64,000 nucleotides of DNA. Origin: Candidatus Poriferisocius sp. Its GTDB lineage: Bacteria; Actinomycetota; Acidimicrobiia; Acidimicrobiales; Bin134. Position 1 is the stretch's first letter. Every line of letters begins with the position of its first letter. The translations under genes were made by a program, and so were the position numbers. The notes under the pieces are model-generated. The model was not told where the DNA came from. It saw only the letters and a program-made list of their open reading frames with translations, and made no database searches. Of the stretch, positions 19,353 through 28,437 are shown one piece after another. Location: assembly GCF_965219815.1 (NCBI RefSeq), contig NZ_OZ244791.1, positions 2,092,491 through 2,156,490 of the forward strand. The letters are read 5' to 3'.

Positions 19353-20531
19353 ATGCCTTCCCGACACCCCGTCATCTGCGGCATCGGCCTGAGCGACTAT
19401 CCGGTGGTGCCGTACCTGAACTCGGTGCAGCACCATGCGCTGGCCGCCCGTCGTGCCATTGCCGACTGCGGCATCGCCAAGTCGGCCATCGACGGATATG
19501 TGAGCACCAGCGGCGGCGGGCCGGCAGCGGGCGACGACGCCGTGTCCATGGCCGAGTACCTAGGGGTGAACCACCGATACATCGACGGGACCATGGTGGG
19601 GGGCTCCTCGTTTGAGTTCCACGTGCAGCACGCTGCCACCGCCATCCGGGAGGGGCTATGCGACACCGTGCTGATCACCTATGGCTCCGACCAGCTCACC
19701 CGTATGGGCCGGGTGCTGGGCACTGGCGGTTTCCAGCGCGACGCTCAGCCGGTGACCGGAGCCATGCAGATGGCCACCCCCTACGGATTGCCCCTGGTGG
19801 GGGCCTATGCCCTGGCCGCCCGCCGCCACATGCACGAGTTCGGCACCACCTCGGAGCAATTGGCCGAGATCGCCGTGGGGGTCCGGGAGTTCGCCGGACT
19901 CAACCCTGATGCCCGCTACCGCGACCCCATCACCGTGGAAGACGTGTTGAACAGCCGCATGATCGCCGATCCGCTGCACAAGCTGGACTGCTGCGTAATC
20001 ACCGACGGGGGCGGGGCGCTGGTGATGACCACCGAGGAGGTCGCCCGGGACCTGAGCCAGCCCCCGATCTATGTGTTGGGCGCGGCGGGCACCCAGACCC
20101 ACTGGAACATTCATCAGATGCCCGACTTCACCGAGATGGGTGCCGCGGTGTGCGGACCAGAGGCGATGGGCCAAGCGGGGGTGACGCCGGCTGATATCGA
20201 CACCGCCCAGCTCTACGACAGCTTCACCATCACTGTGATGCTCATGCTGGAGGGCTTGGGCTTCTGCGGTCGGGGAGAGGGCGGCGCCTATGTGGAAGAG
20301 GGCCACCTGCGCCGGGGCGGCTCGATGCCCACCAACACCGACGGCGGGGGCCTGTCGTCCAACCATCCGGGAATGCGGGGCATCTTCTTGCTGATCGAAT
20401 CGGTGCGCCAGCTCAGGGGCGACGCTGGCGAGGCCCAGGTGCCCGACGCGGAGTTGGCCCTGGCCTGCGGCTCCGGCGGCTGGCTGTCGGCCATCGCCAC
20501 CGTCATATTGGGCAAGGACCGGCCGTCATGA
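19353..20531 (+). CDS. thiolase-like protein (SCP-x/lipid-transfer type)
   Basis: 392 aa, thiolase fold signatures (CCVITDGGGALVM, NTDGGGLS). Starts directly after the upstream stop. Confidence 0.8.
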   Translation: MPSRHPVICGIGLSDYPVVPYLNSVQHHALAARRAIADCGIAKSAIDGYVSTSGGGPAAGDDAVSMAEYLGVNHRYIDGTMVGGSSFEFHVQHAATAIREGLCDTVLITYGSDQLTRMGRVLGTGGFQRDAQPVTGAMQMATPYGLPLVGAYALAARRHMHEFGTTSEQLAEIAVGVREFAGLNPDARYRDPITVEDVLNSRMIADPLHKLDCCVITDGGGALVMTTEEVARDLSQPPIYVLGAAGTQTHWNIHQMPDFTEMGAAVCGPEAMGQAGVTPADIDTAQLYDSFTITVMLMLEGLGFCGRGEGGAYVEEGHLRRGGSMPTNTDGGGLSSNHPGMRGIFLLIESVRQLRGDAGEAQVPDAELALACGSGGWLSAIATVILGKDRPS

Positions 20532-20944
20532 GGGTTGTGCGCGATCTTGAATGGCAGGGACCGGTCCCCGCCGGCGAGGGCGAGTACGGAGAGTTTTTCG
20601 CCGCCGCCGCTGAGGGCCGCTTGCTCATCCAGCAGTGCCCGGAATGCGGCCACCGCCAGCACTATCCCCGAGCAATATGCACCGCCTGCGGCGCCGAGCC
20701 CGAGTGGATGGAGGCAGCGGGCACTGGCACCGTCTACACCTACACCGTGGTCCGCCAATACGGCGTCCCCGCCTTCGCCGAACTGCCCTATGTGCTGGCC
20801 ATGATCGACCTCCCCGAGGGAGTGAGAATGTTCGGCGGCCTCACCGGCATCGACCCCGAAACCGTCGAGATCGGAATGCCCGTTACCGCCTACGCCCGCA
20901 CCTACGACGAAACCCACGCCATGGTCTTCTGGGAACCTGCCTGA
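20528..20944 (+). CDS. Zn-ribbon/OB-fold DUF35 protein (thiolase partner)
   Basis: CPECGHRQHYPRAICTACG zinc ribbon followed by an OB-fold segment. 4-nt overlap with the thiolase gene. Confidence 0.8.
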   Translation: MRVVRDLEWQGPVPAGEGEYGEFFAAAAEGRLLIQQCPECGHRQHYPRAICTACGAEPEWMEAAGTGTVYTYTVVRQYGVPAFAELPYVLAMIDLPEGVRMFGGLTGIDPETVEIGMPVTAYARTYDETHAMVFWEPA

Positions 20945-20997
20945 CGCATCCCAAGTACGGTTCCTGATCCCCATTCGGCAGGGGCCATGATGGGGCT

Positions 20998-21798
20998 ATG
21001 CACGACGACATCATTGCTGCGTTTGATATTTCCGACCGGGTGGCGGTGGTCACGGGGGCGGCTTCGGGGATCGGCCGGGGCACGGCGGTGACGCTGGCCA
21101 AGGCTGGAGCCTCGGTGGTGCTGGGGGATGTTGATGCCGACGGGATGGGAGAGACCGGCGGGGCGCTGGACGAGTTGGGAGCCAGTTGGTCGGCGGTGCC
21201 GACAGATGTGAGTGACAAGGCTGCGGTGGATGCTCTGGTAGCCGATGCGGTGAATCGGCATGGACGGCTGGACATCATGGTGAACAACGCGGGGATCATC
21301 ACCGACAGCCTGATCGTGGACACCACCCCCGAGCAGCTCGACCGGGTGATGAACGTGAACATCAAGGGCGTCTATTGGGGCACTGCGGCGGCGGGCAGGG
21401 CCATGGCCGACCAGAAATCGGGGTCTATCGTCAACCTGTCATCGGCCGGGGCTGATATGCCCGCGCCGATGATCTCGGTGTACGCCCTCACCAAGGCGGC
21501 GGTGAAGATGATCACCCGTACCGCGGCGGTGGAGATGGCTCCCATCCGGGTGAACGCAGTGGCACCTGGCTCCATAGAGACCCCCATCTACGACCGCCAC
21601 TTTCTGGATGACGACGGCAAGGTGGACCCCGAGCGCCAGAGGAACCACTTCGACACCATCGCCCAGATGAACCCTTTGGGTTATGTGGGCGACCCCAACG
21701 ACATCGCCTACGCCATTCTCTATCTCTGTTCCGAGGCCGGAAGGTTCGTCACCGGCCAGACCATGCGGCCCAATGGCGGCGTGGTGATGCCGCTGTAG
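20998..21798 (+). CDS. SDR family oxidoreductase
   Basis: VTGAASGIGRG, NNAG, YALTKAAV (YxxxK). Confidence 0.85.
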   Translation: MHDDIIAAFDISDRVAVVTGAASGIGRGTAVTLAKAGASVVLGDVDADGMGETGGALDELGASWSAVPTDVSDKAAVDALVADAVNRHGRLDIMVNNAGIITDSLIVDTTPEQLDRVMNVNIKGVYWGTAAAGRAMADQKSGSIVNLSSAGADMPAPMISVYALTKAAVKMITRTAAVEMAPIRVNAVAPGSIETPIYDRHFLDDDGKVDPERQRNHFDTIAQMNPLGYVGDPNDIAYAILYLCSEAGRFVTGQTMRPNGGVVMPL

Positions 21799-21818
21799 CC
21801 AGCCCGTAGCCTGTGATC

Positions 21819-22442
21819 ATGAAATCCAAACACTGCGTCCGCCGCATTGCGGCGCTGGTCGCCGCTGCTCTCTTGATGGCAGCTGCCTGCGGTGGCAACG
21901 ACGACGATGCTGGCCCAGAGGCAGTCGAGGTTGCCCCAGTGCAGACCGTCGGACAGCCTCTAGGGCCGGTAGGACCTACTCCAGCTTCTGATCCGGCAAT
22001 CGGTCGTCCAGTGCCTGGGCTCTCAGGTTCAGCCATCGACGGTACGCCGTTTTCCTGGACTCCGGGTGAGCGTCCAGCAGTCTTCTTGTTCTTGGCTCAC
22101 TGGTGCCCGGCTTGTCAGGGAGAAGTCGTTGAGTACACCGGCTGGCTTGCAGCAGGAAACGAACTTCCCGACGGAGTCGACCTGATCAGCGTGGTCACGC
22201 TAGTGGACTCCAGCAGGGACAATTACCCGCCCAGCCAATGGCTGGCCGATGAAGATTGGCCGTTCCCCGTTTTGGTGGACAGTGCCGACAACGAGATTGC
22301 CGCCGCCCTCGGGCAGGCAGGCACACCGTTTTGGGTCTTGGTGTTCAGTGACGGAACGTTGGCGTCTAGGGGAAGCGGTCGTATTCCCCCAGAAATTCTG
22401 ACCAGGCACTTCAACCTACTATTGGCCGAAGCCGAAGGATAG
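21819..22442 (+). CDS. TlpA-like thiol:disulfide oxidoreductase lipoprotein
   Basis: Signal peptide with lipobox LMAAAC, thioredoxin CxxC (WCPACQ). Confidence 0.7.
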   Translation: MKSKHCVRRIAALVAAALLMAAACGGNDDDAGPEAVEVAPVQTVGQPLGPVGPTPASDPAIGRPVPGLSGSAIDGTPFSWTPGERPAVFLFLAHWCPACQGEVVEYTGWLAAGNELPDGVDLISVVTLVDSSRDNYPPSQWLADEDWPFPVLVDSADNEIAAALGQAGTPFWVLVFSDGTLASRGSGRIPPEILTRHFNLLLAEAEG

Positions 22443-22453
22443 GGTTTCCCCCC

Positions 22454-23359
22454 GTGACTGGATATCTCGAAGGCAAAAACATCGTCGTCACCGGCGCGGG
22501 CAACGGCATCGGCCGGGCCATCGCCATGGGCTGTGCCGCCGCCGGCGCCAATGTGGTGGTGGCCGACTACGGCGTGTCGCTGGACGGCTCGGACCCGTCG
22601 TCGGAGGTGGCCGATGCGGTGGTGGCCGAGATTGAGTCGGCGGGCGGCACTGCTCTGGCATTGGCCTCTGACATCAGCACCATGGTGGGCGGCGCGGCCG
22701 CGGTCCAAGCTGCGGTGGACACCTGGGGATCTATCGACGGCGCGGTGTGCGTGGCTGGCATCCTGCGGGAGCGGATGATCTTCAACATGACCGAAGAAGA
22801 GTTCGACGATGTGATCCGGGTGCACCTCAAGGGCCACTTCACCGTTTACAAACACGCCTCGGCCATCATGCGCAAGCAGGAGACCGGGGGGTCACTGGTG
22901 GGGATCACCTCGGGGGCGTTCACCGGTTCCACCTCCCAGTGCAACTACGCGTCGGCCAAGGGGGGCATCATCTCGTTGACCAAGAGCGCGGCGCTGGCTC
23001 TTAAGCGCTATGGGATCAACGCCAACTGCATCGCCCCCAGCGCCAAGACCCGCATGTCGGAGAACGTCCCGTTCGAGATCGAGGCCGGAGCCCCCGAAGA
23101 CGTTGCCCCATTGGCCGTCTACTTGCTAAGCGACGTAGCCCGGGACATCACTGCCCAGGTGTACACCGTGGTCGGTCCCCGCATATCGGTATGGGCTCAG
23201 TTTGGCGAGGTTCGCTCCATGTACGCCCCCGAGAGCAGTTGGACACCAAAGGGGATCGAGGAGTCGTTGCCCCGCACCATCGGCATTGAGGAGCACCCCA
23301 CCATGGCCCTTTTGGAGGCGCAGGCCGCGCAGCGCCAGGCCTCACAGGGCGGCAGCTGA
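22454..23359 (+). CDS. SDR family oxidoreductase (about 300 aa, MFE-2 dehydrogenase-like)
   Basis: VTGAGNGIGRA, YASAKGGI (YxxxK). GTG start. Confidence 0.8.
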   Translation: MTGYLEGKNIVVTGAGNGIGRAIAMGCAAAGANVVVADYGVSLDGSDPSSEVADAVVAEIESAGGTALALASDISTMVGGAAAVQAAVDTWGSIDGAVCVAGILRERMIFNMTEEEFDDVIRVHLKGHFTVYKHASAIMRKQETGGSLVGITSGAFTGSTSQCNYASAKGGIISLTKSAALALKRYGINANCIAPSAKTRMSENVPFEIEAGAPEDVAPLAVYLLSDVARDITAQVYTVVGPRISVWAQFGEVRSMYAPESSWTPKGIEESLPRTIGIEEHPTMALLEAQAAQRQASQGGS

Positions 23360-24252
23360 TGTCGGGCGGCGCGCTCGAGGGGCGAATCGCCGTCATTACG
23401 GGCGCCGGGCGGGGCATCGGTCGCCACTACGCCCTGCTATTCGCCGCCGAAGGGGCCAAGGTAGTGGCTAACGATCTGGGTTGCGCCGCCGACGGTACTG
23501 GCGCCGATCCGGAGGTGGCTCAGTCGGTGGTAGACGAGATCACCGCGGCAGGAGGCACAGCAGTGGCCAATGGAGACGACGTGGCCGAGATGTCCGGGGC
23601 CGAGTCGCTCTTGGCCCAAACGCTCGATGCCTTCGGCGGGGTGGATGTGCTGGTGAACAACGCCGGCATCCTGCGGGACAAGATGTTTGCCTCCATGAGC
23701 GAGGACGACTGGGACTCGGTGATCCGCGGCCACCTCAAGACGACGTTCTGCATGACCCGGGTGTGCGCCGGCTGGTGGCGAGACCAGACCAAGGCCGGGG
23801 AGGCGGTGAACGCGTCGGTGATCAACATCAGCTCCACATCGGGGCTGATCGGCCAGGTGGGCCAGTCGAACTACGGCGCGGCCAAATCGGCCATCGCCGG
23901 CATGACGGTGATCATCGCCCAGGAATTGGGCCGCTACGGCGTGCGGGTGAACTGCGTGACCCCCGCGGGCCGCACCCGAATGACTGAGGGGGTGCCGGGT
24001 GTGGCCGAGATGGTGGCCAAGCCCGCCGAGGGGTTCGACGTGTACCACCCCTTCCATCCCGCGCCGGTAGTGGGGTGGCTGGCCACGGCCGACTGCGAGG
24101 TGACCGGGCGGGTGTTCATGGCCAAAGGCGGGGATGTCCGGTGGTACACCCCGTGGCTGCGCCAGGACTTCCTTGATGACGAGCGGGAGTGGACCATCGC
24201 TGATTTGGCCGAGGCCATGAAGAATCTGCCCCCCGCTCCGGTTTCGCCGTGA
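23359..24252 (+). CDS. SDR family oxidoreductase (about 300 aa, paralogue of previous)
   Basis: ITGAGRGIGRH, NNAGILRD, YGAAKSAI. The start overlaps the upstream stop (TGATG). Confidence 0.8.
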   Translation: MSGGALEGRIAVITGAGRGIGRHYALLFAAEGAKVVANDLGCAADGTGADPEVAQSVVDEITAAGGTAVANGDDVAEMSGAESLLAQTLDAFGGVDVLVNNAGILRDKMFASMSEDDWDSVIRGHLKTTFCMTRVCAGWWRDQTKAGEAVNASVINISSTSGLIGQVGQSNYGAAKSAIAGMTVIIAQELGRYGVRVNCVTPAGRTRMTEGVPGVAEMVAKPAEGFDVYHPFHPAPVVGWLATADCEVTGRVFMAKGGDVRWYTPWLRQDFLDDEREWTIADLAEAMKNLPPAPVSP

Positions 24253-25031
24253 GCCGGGAAGTTCCCGCCGAGCCCCCCGGCCGGGGGCTGCTGGAGGGCA
24301 AGACCGTAGTAGTGACCGCCGCGGCAGGCACCGGTCTCGGCTTCGCCGCCGCTCGGCGGTGCGTCGCCGAGGGTGCCCGGGTGCTTATCAGCGACATCCA
24401 TGGGCGGCGTTTGGACGAGGCCGCCAACCGCTTGGCCGAGGAGTTCGATATTCGTCCCGCCACCCAACTGTGCAATGTGACGGTGGAGGAGGAGGTCCAA
24501 GCCCTTATCGATGCTGCGGTGGACGAGTTGGGCCACGTGGACGTGATGATCAACAACGCCGGCTTGGGGGGCACCGCCAATCTGGTGGACATGACCGACG
24601 AGCAGTGGCAGGTGGTGATTGATGTCACCCTCAACGGCACCATGCGAACCACCCGGGCGGCGCTGCGCCACATGATGCCCCGGGGCTCGGGGGTCATCGT
24701 CAACAACGCGTCGGTGATGGGTTGGCGGGCCCAAGCCGGCCAGAGCCACTACGCCGCGGCCAAAGCCGGGGTAATGGCGCTCACCCGCTGTGCGGCCATT
24801 GAAGCGGCCGAGACCGGGATCCGAGTCAACTGTGTGGCGCCCAGCCTGGCCATGCACCCATTCTTGGCCAAGACATCCAGCCAAGAATTCCTCGACAGCT
24901 TGATCTCGCTGGAGGCGTTCGACCGGGCCGCTGAGCCGTGGGAAGTGGCCAACGTGATGGTGTTTCTGGCCAGCGACTACTCGACGTACATGACCGGGGA
25001 GATCGTCTCGGTCAGCTCCCAGCACCCCTAA
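24249..25031 (+). CDS. SDR family oxidoreductase
   Basis: VTAAAGTGLG variant cofactor loop, NNAG, YAAAKAGV. Confidence 0.8.
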   Translation: MSREVPAEPPGRGLLEGKTVVVTAAAGTGLGFAAARRCVAEGARVLISDIHGRRLDEAANRLAEEFDIRPATQLCNVTVEEEVQALIDAAVDELGHVDVMINNAGLGGTANLVDMTDEQWQVVIDVTLNGTMRTTRAALRHMMPRGSGVIVNNASVMGWRAQAGQSHYAAAKAGVMALTRCAAIEAAETGIRVNCVAPSLAMHPFLAKTSSQEFLDSLISLEAFDRAAEPWEVANVMVFLASDYSTYMTGEIVSVSSQHP

Positions 25032-25609
25032 ACGAGAGCAGCGGCCAGAACAGAGCGGTCGGTGGGGTGATAGACGTGGGCCAGATCGAGGTCCACGATC
25101 TGCTGGGGGCTTTCGGGGTCGAACCAGCCGTCGATGAGGCCCCAGTGGTGGGGACTCATCATGTAGTCCACCTTGAGCCCTTCAAGGGTGTAGTACTCCT
25201 GCTCCCAGCTATGGGTCCACCGGGTACCCGATGGGCCGATAACTCGGCTGAGGGTCCAGTTCACGATGGCCGGGATGTGGTCGGGCATGGCCATGAGATC
25301 GCGCTCGAACGCAGACACCGAATCGACTGGGGCATCGGGCTCAACCCGAAGCAGGAGGGTGCGCTTGATCTCGCCGGCGAAATCGGGATCGGCCAGCGAA
25401 CCGTCGATGGGTGAGAGCTCAACAAGGTCGATGTCAGCCACGTCCTCGAAACCGGGTGGGATCGGGTCGTCGATACCGTCCCATGTGTAGTGGCCGCCGC
25501 CCACCGTTCCCGGCAGATGCCGGCCTAGTACCGCGGCCATCTCCAGTTCGGTCACCCGGCCGGGGTCCGCTCCTTCAACCAGTGTCACCAGCGCCAGCTT
25601 GCGGCTCAT
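25028..25609 (-). CDS. Dabb (stress-responsive alpha/beta barrel) domain protein
   Basis: The C-terminal half (LLLRVEPDAP...IPAIVNW...WTHSWEQEYYTLEGLKVDYMMSPHH) fits the Dabb pattern. The N-terminal half looks like a second degenerate copy. Confidence 0.45.
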   Translation of the reverse strand: MSRKLALVTLVEGADPGRVTELEMAAVLGRHLPGTVGGGHYTWDGIDDPIPPGFEDVADIDLVELSPIDGSLADPDFAGEIKRTLLLRVEPDAPVDSVSAFERDLMAMPDHIPAIVNWTLSRVIGPSGTRWTHSWEQEYYTLEGLKVDYMMSPHHWGLIDGWFDPESPQQIVDLDLAHVYHPTDRSVLAAALV

Positions 25610-25944
25610 CGCCCCTCCTCAGCGGGGGAATCATCCACCAAGAACCGCCGCTGTCGGACCACGCAGCAGGAGTCCACCTCGGCCCAGAACCCGGCCACGG
25701 AGGGATCTCGTCCGGCGGCCCCCCGCATCGCCCACCACGCCGCTGCATCAGGCACCGACCACAAGTACACCAGGGTGTTGGGCTGGTCGAACAGCTCAAT
25801 CGGCGGCGTCAGCCACGTCTGCTCCAGCGTCATGCCCCGCGCTTTGGCCCCCGCCATGTAGCCCTCCGTCATCAGCCGACGCACCTCGTCTAGCCGTCCG
25901 GGCTCGACGGTCAACTCGTCCAAGACGTGTATCTTCCCGACCAC
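25606..25944 (-). CDS. small alpha/beta-barrel protein (NIPSNAP/Dabb-like), hypothetical
   Basis: 112 aa, 4-nt overlap with the downstream gene. Weak resemblance only. Confidence 0.35.
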   Translation of the reverse strand: MVGKIHVLDELTVEPGRLDEVRRLMTEGYMAGAKARGMTLEQTWLTPPIELFDQPNTLVYLWSVPDAAAWWAMRGAAGRDPSVAGFWAEVDSCCVVRQRRFLVDDSPAEEGR

Positions 25945-26003
25945 GCCCTCACGCTAGTGGTGTCCTAGATTGCGGGCCGGAGGGAAGACGGGAAATTGGA
26001 GCA

Positions 26004-26750
26004 ATGAACCATCAGCGGCGCATCCCTCTGGAAGGGTGCGTGAACTTCCGAGACATGGGCGGCTACGCCAGCTCATTGGGCGGGACCACCAAGTGGGGCA
26101 TGCTTTTTCGAGCCGACTCGCTGCACCGCCTCAGCCCGGCTGACGCCGAGGTAGTTGCCAGCCGATTGGGTGTCCGCACCGCCGTGGATTTACGGGCAAA
26201 CGACGAGCGGGAGCGGGTTGGGGTGCTCGACCCGACCTTGGGCATCGTCGAGCACCACGTGGGCACCACCGACCGAACCATGCACACCTATGAGCGCCCC
26301 GATCCCGACTTAGCGAGCCGCTCGTTTGGCCAGCTCTACGAGAACATGATCAGCAGCGGGGGAGAGCGGTTTGCCGCGGCAATCGAAGTGGTGGCCGATC
26401 CCGATCAGTGGCCGACTGCCTTTTTCTGTATGGCCGGCAAAGATCGCACTGGCTGTCTGGCTGCGATGATTCTGGGATTGGCCGGGGTAAGTCGCCAAGA
26501 CATAGTGGGCGACTACGCGGCCACCGCTCCCGCGGTGCCGGCAATCCGAGAACGGTCCCTGGCCGAGTTGCCCGATATGGCCAAAGTGTGGGCGAAGCTG
26601 CCCGACGACATAACCAATGCCCCCATCAGCGCCATTACCGAGCTACTAGACATCGTCGACGACCGGTGGGGCGGTCTTGAGGGTTACGCCCTCGAGTTTG
26701 GAGTCAAGCCCCAAACCATCGAACGCTTGCGGGCATCCTTCTTGGTCTGA
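26004..26750 (+). CDS. protein-tyrosine phosphatase family protein
   Basis: CX5R active site CMAGKDRTG. N-terminal NFRDMGGY. Start trimmed to ATG 26004; the upstream part of the track ORF is Pro/Arg-rich. Confidence 0.7.
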   Translation: MNHQRRIPLEGCVNFRDMGGYASSLGGTTKWGMLFRADSLHRLSPADAEVVASRLGVRTAVDLRANDERERVGVLDPTLGIVEHHVGTTDRTMHTYERPDPDLASRSFGQLYENMISSGGERFAAAIEVVADPDQWPTAFFCMAGKDRTGCLAAMILGLAGVSRQDIVGDYAATAPAVPAIRERSLAELPDMAKVWAKLPDDITNAPISAITELLDIVDDRWGGLEGYALEFGVKPQTIERLRASFLV

Positions 26751-26768
26751 TCTCTAAAATCGCTGGAT

Positions 26769-26792
26769 CATAGTCATATTAATATGGCTATG
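26769..26792. promoter_or_regulatory. 24-bp near-perfect palindrome, probable TA operator
   Basis: CATAGTCATATTAATATGGCTATG (one mismatched pair), AT-rich, ends 9 nt before the antitoxin start. Confidence 0.45.
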
Positions 26793-26800
26793 ATGATGAC

Positions 26801-27103
26801 ATGGATACACCTGGGGGAACACAGTCAGGAGAGCGCATTGTGCCTGCTGGAGAGTTCAAGACCAACTGCCTTCGCCTAATGGATGAAGTGCAGGAGACCG
26901 GAGCGGAGATCGTGGTTACCAAACACCGCCGCCCTGTGGTGCGTATCAGCCCGTTCAGACAAGAAGAGCCCAGGTTGGTGGGGTCGTGCAAGGGCCAGCT
27001 TCGGATTCTGTCCGATATCGATGCCGAGCCGGCTATCCCCCTAGAAGATTGGGAAGTCATCTCTCACCCAGAGCGATTCCTCAATCCTGAGGAACACGTG
27101 TGA
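26801..27103 (+). CDS. Phd/YefM family antitoxin
   Basis: VPAGEFKTNCLRLMDEVQETGAEIVVTKHRRPVVRISP fits the Phd/YefM N-terminal fold. 4-nt overlap with the PIN gene. Confidence 0.75.
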   Translation: MDTPGGTQSGERIVPAGEFKTNCLRLMDEVQETGAEIVVTKHRRPVVRISPFRQEEPRLVGSCKGQLRILSDIDAEPAIPLEDWEVISHPERFLNPEEHV

Positions 27104-27519
27104 GCATTCTGCTGGATACCAACGTCTTGCTGAGGTTGGTCGCCGACAGTCCAGGAATCAGCAGTTCATTCAAATCAGAGGTTGAAACTGTGCTCCCTGA
27201 AGGCGGGGTGGTCGTCTCGGCCGCCACATTCATGGAGACCACGCGCCTCCACCACCATGAGCGCATCGACTTGGGCTGCCATCCTTCCTTGTGGCGCCGA
27301 GAGCGCCTGCAGGCGGGACTAAGAGAGGTTCCCATTGACGGCGATGTGGCCGTGGAGTCAGTTCTCTTGATGAACTCCGGGTTCCACCGCGACCCAGCCG
27401 ACCAGCTGATCGTGGCCACCGCCATGCTGGCCGGCATGACCCTGGCAACCACCGACACCCAAATCATCGACTGGGCTCACCAAACCCGCTTGATCTCTCT
27501 GGTTGACCCATCAGGCTAG
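27100..27519 (+). CDS. vapC: PIN-domain toxin (VapC family)
   Basis: ILLDTNVLL first acidic residue, later conserved D (DQLIVATA) and TTD. Confidence 0.8.
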   Translation: MSILLDTNVLLRLVADSPGISSSFKSEVETVLPEGGVVVSAATFMETTRLHHHERIDLGCHPSLWRRERLQAGLREVPIDGDVAVESVLLMNSGFHRDPADQLIVATAMLAGMTLATTDTQIIDWAHQTRLISLVDPSG

Positions 27520-27568
27520 GGAGAAGTGCTGCTCTTTCATCACGATTCGGGCGTGTGGCGTACCGCTC

Positions 27569-28387
27569 TCACGCCGACAGGCCTCGCTTTTTGAACTCGC
27601 TTTGGGCGTACACGATGCCGCCCAAATGCTCGTCGGCCTCGGGGGATGTGGCCAGCCAGGCCACCACCGCTCCGATGGTGGCCGGCTCGCCGCCGGGGTA
27701 GGGGAACGATCCTGCGGTGTTGCGGGCCCGGGCGGCCTCGGTGATCACATAACCGGGGTCGATGCTGAAGCAGCGGATGCCGTCGGGGCCGTGCTCCACG
27801 TGGATGTGCGGGGTCATGCGGGTGAACGCACCCTTGCTCATGGCGTAGGCCATGCCCCAGCCGCCCTTGCCGATGGGGCCGGGCGGGTCGGTGTAGGCCG
27901 AGGCCGAGATCATGTTCACGATGGTTCCGGAGCCCTGCCCCACCATCGCGGCCAGCACCCGCTCAGTGATCGCCATCTGGGCGAACACGTTTCCCTCGAA
28001 CAGCTTGTGAACCTCGGGCTCTTCCAGGTCCAGGAACGGGGTCATGCTCACTTTGCCCTGGTAGATGGCGTTGTTCACCAGCACATCGAGATGGCCGAAG
28101 TGCTCCAGCGCCCCATCGATGCATGCCGTGACGCTTTCTCGGTCCAACAAGTCCATGGTGAACGCCACTCCCTGTTGGCCCTCGGCCTCGATGGCGGCCA
28201 CCGTGGTGTCGAGTCCGCCGGGAATGGCGAGGTTGGGGTCGTACATGTCGCGGCCGGCTCCGTCCACCAGGGTTCGGGCCGACACAGCCACGTCGAACCC
28301 GGCCTGGGCCAGGGCGATGGCGCTGGCTTTTCCGATGCCCCGGCTGGCTCCAGTGACCAGAGCGGTCTTTCGTTCGGTAGCGCTCAT
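27569..28387 (-). CDS. SDR family oxidoreductase
   Basis: Start trimmed to MSATERKTALVTGASRGIG (ATG at 28385-28387). NNA, YAMSKGAF. Confidence 0.8.
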   Translation of the reverse strand: MSATERKTALVTGASRGIGKASAIALAQAGFDVAVSARTLVDGAGRDMYDPNLAIPGGLDTTVAAIEAEGQQGVAFTMDLLDRESVTACIDGALEHFGHLDVLVNNAIYQGKVSMTPFLDLEEPEVHKLFEGNVFAQMAITERVLAAMVGQGSGTIVNMISASAYTDPPGPIGKGGWGMAYAMSKGAFTRMTPHIHVEHGPDGIRCFSIDPGYVITEAARARNTAGSFPYPGGEPATIGAVVAWLATSPEADEHLGGIVYAQSEFKKRGLSA

Positions 28388-28437
28388 CTGGGTCTCTGCC
28401 TTTCGGTTGCTCCGACTCGCAGGCATACCGTAGGGCC

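Noticed and set aside
25599-26750. 5' extensions of track ORFs (also 15870..17186, 17919..19352, 32504..33961, 33811..34725, 39628..40257, 41063..42463)
   Set aside because: The upstream parts overlap neighbouring genes or read as Pro/Arg/Ser-rich non-protein-like sequence. Internal starts with proper N-terminal family motifs and stop-start coupling were chosen instead.
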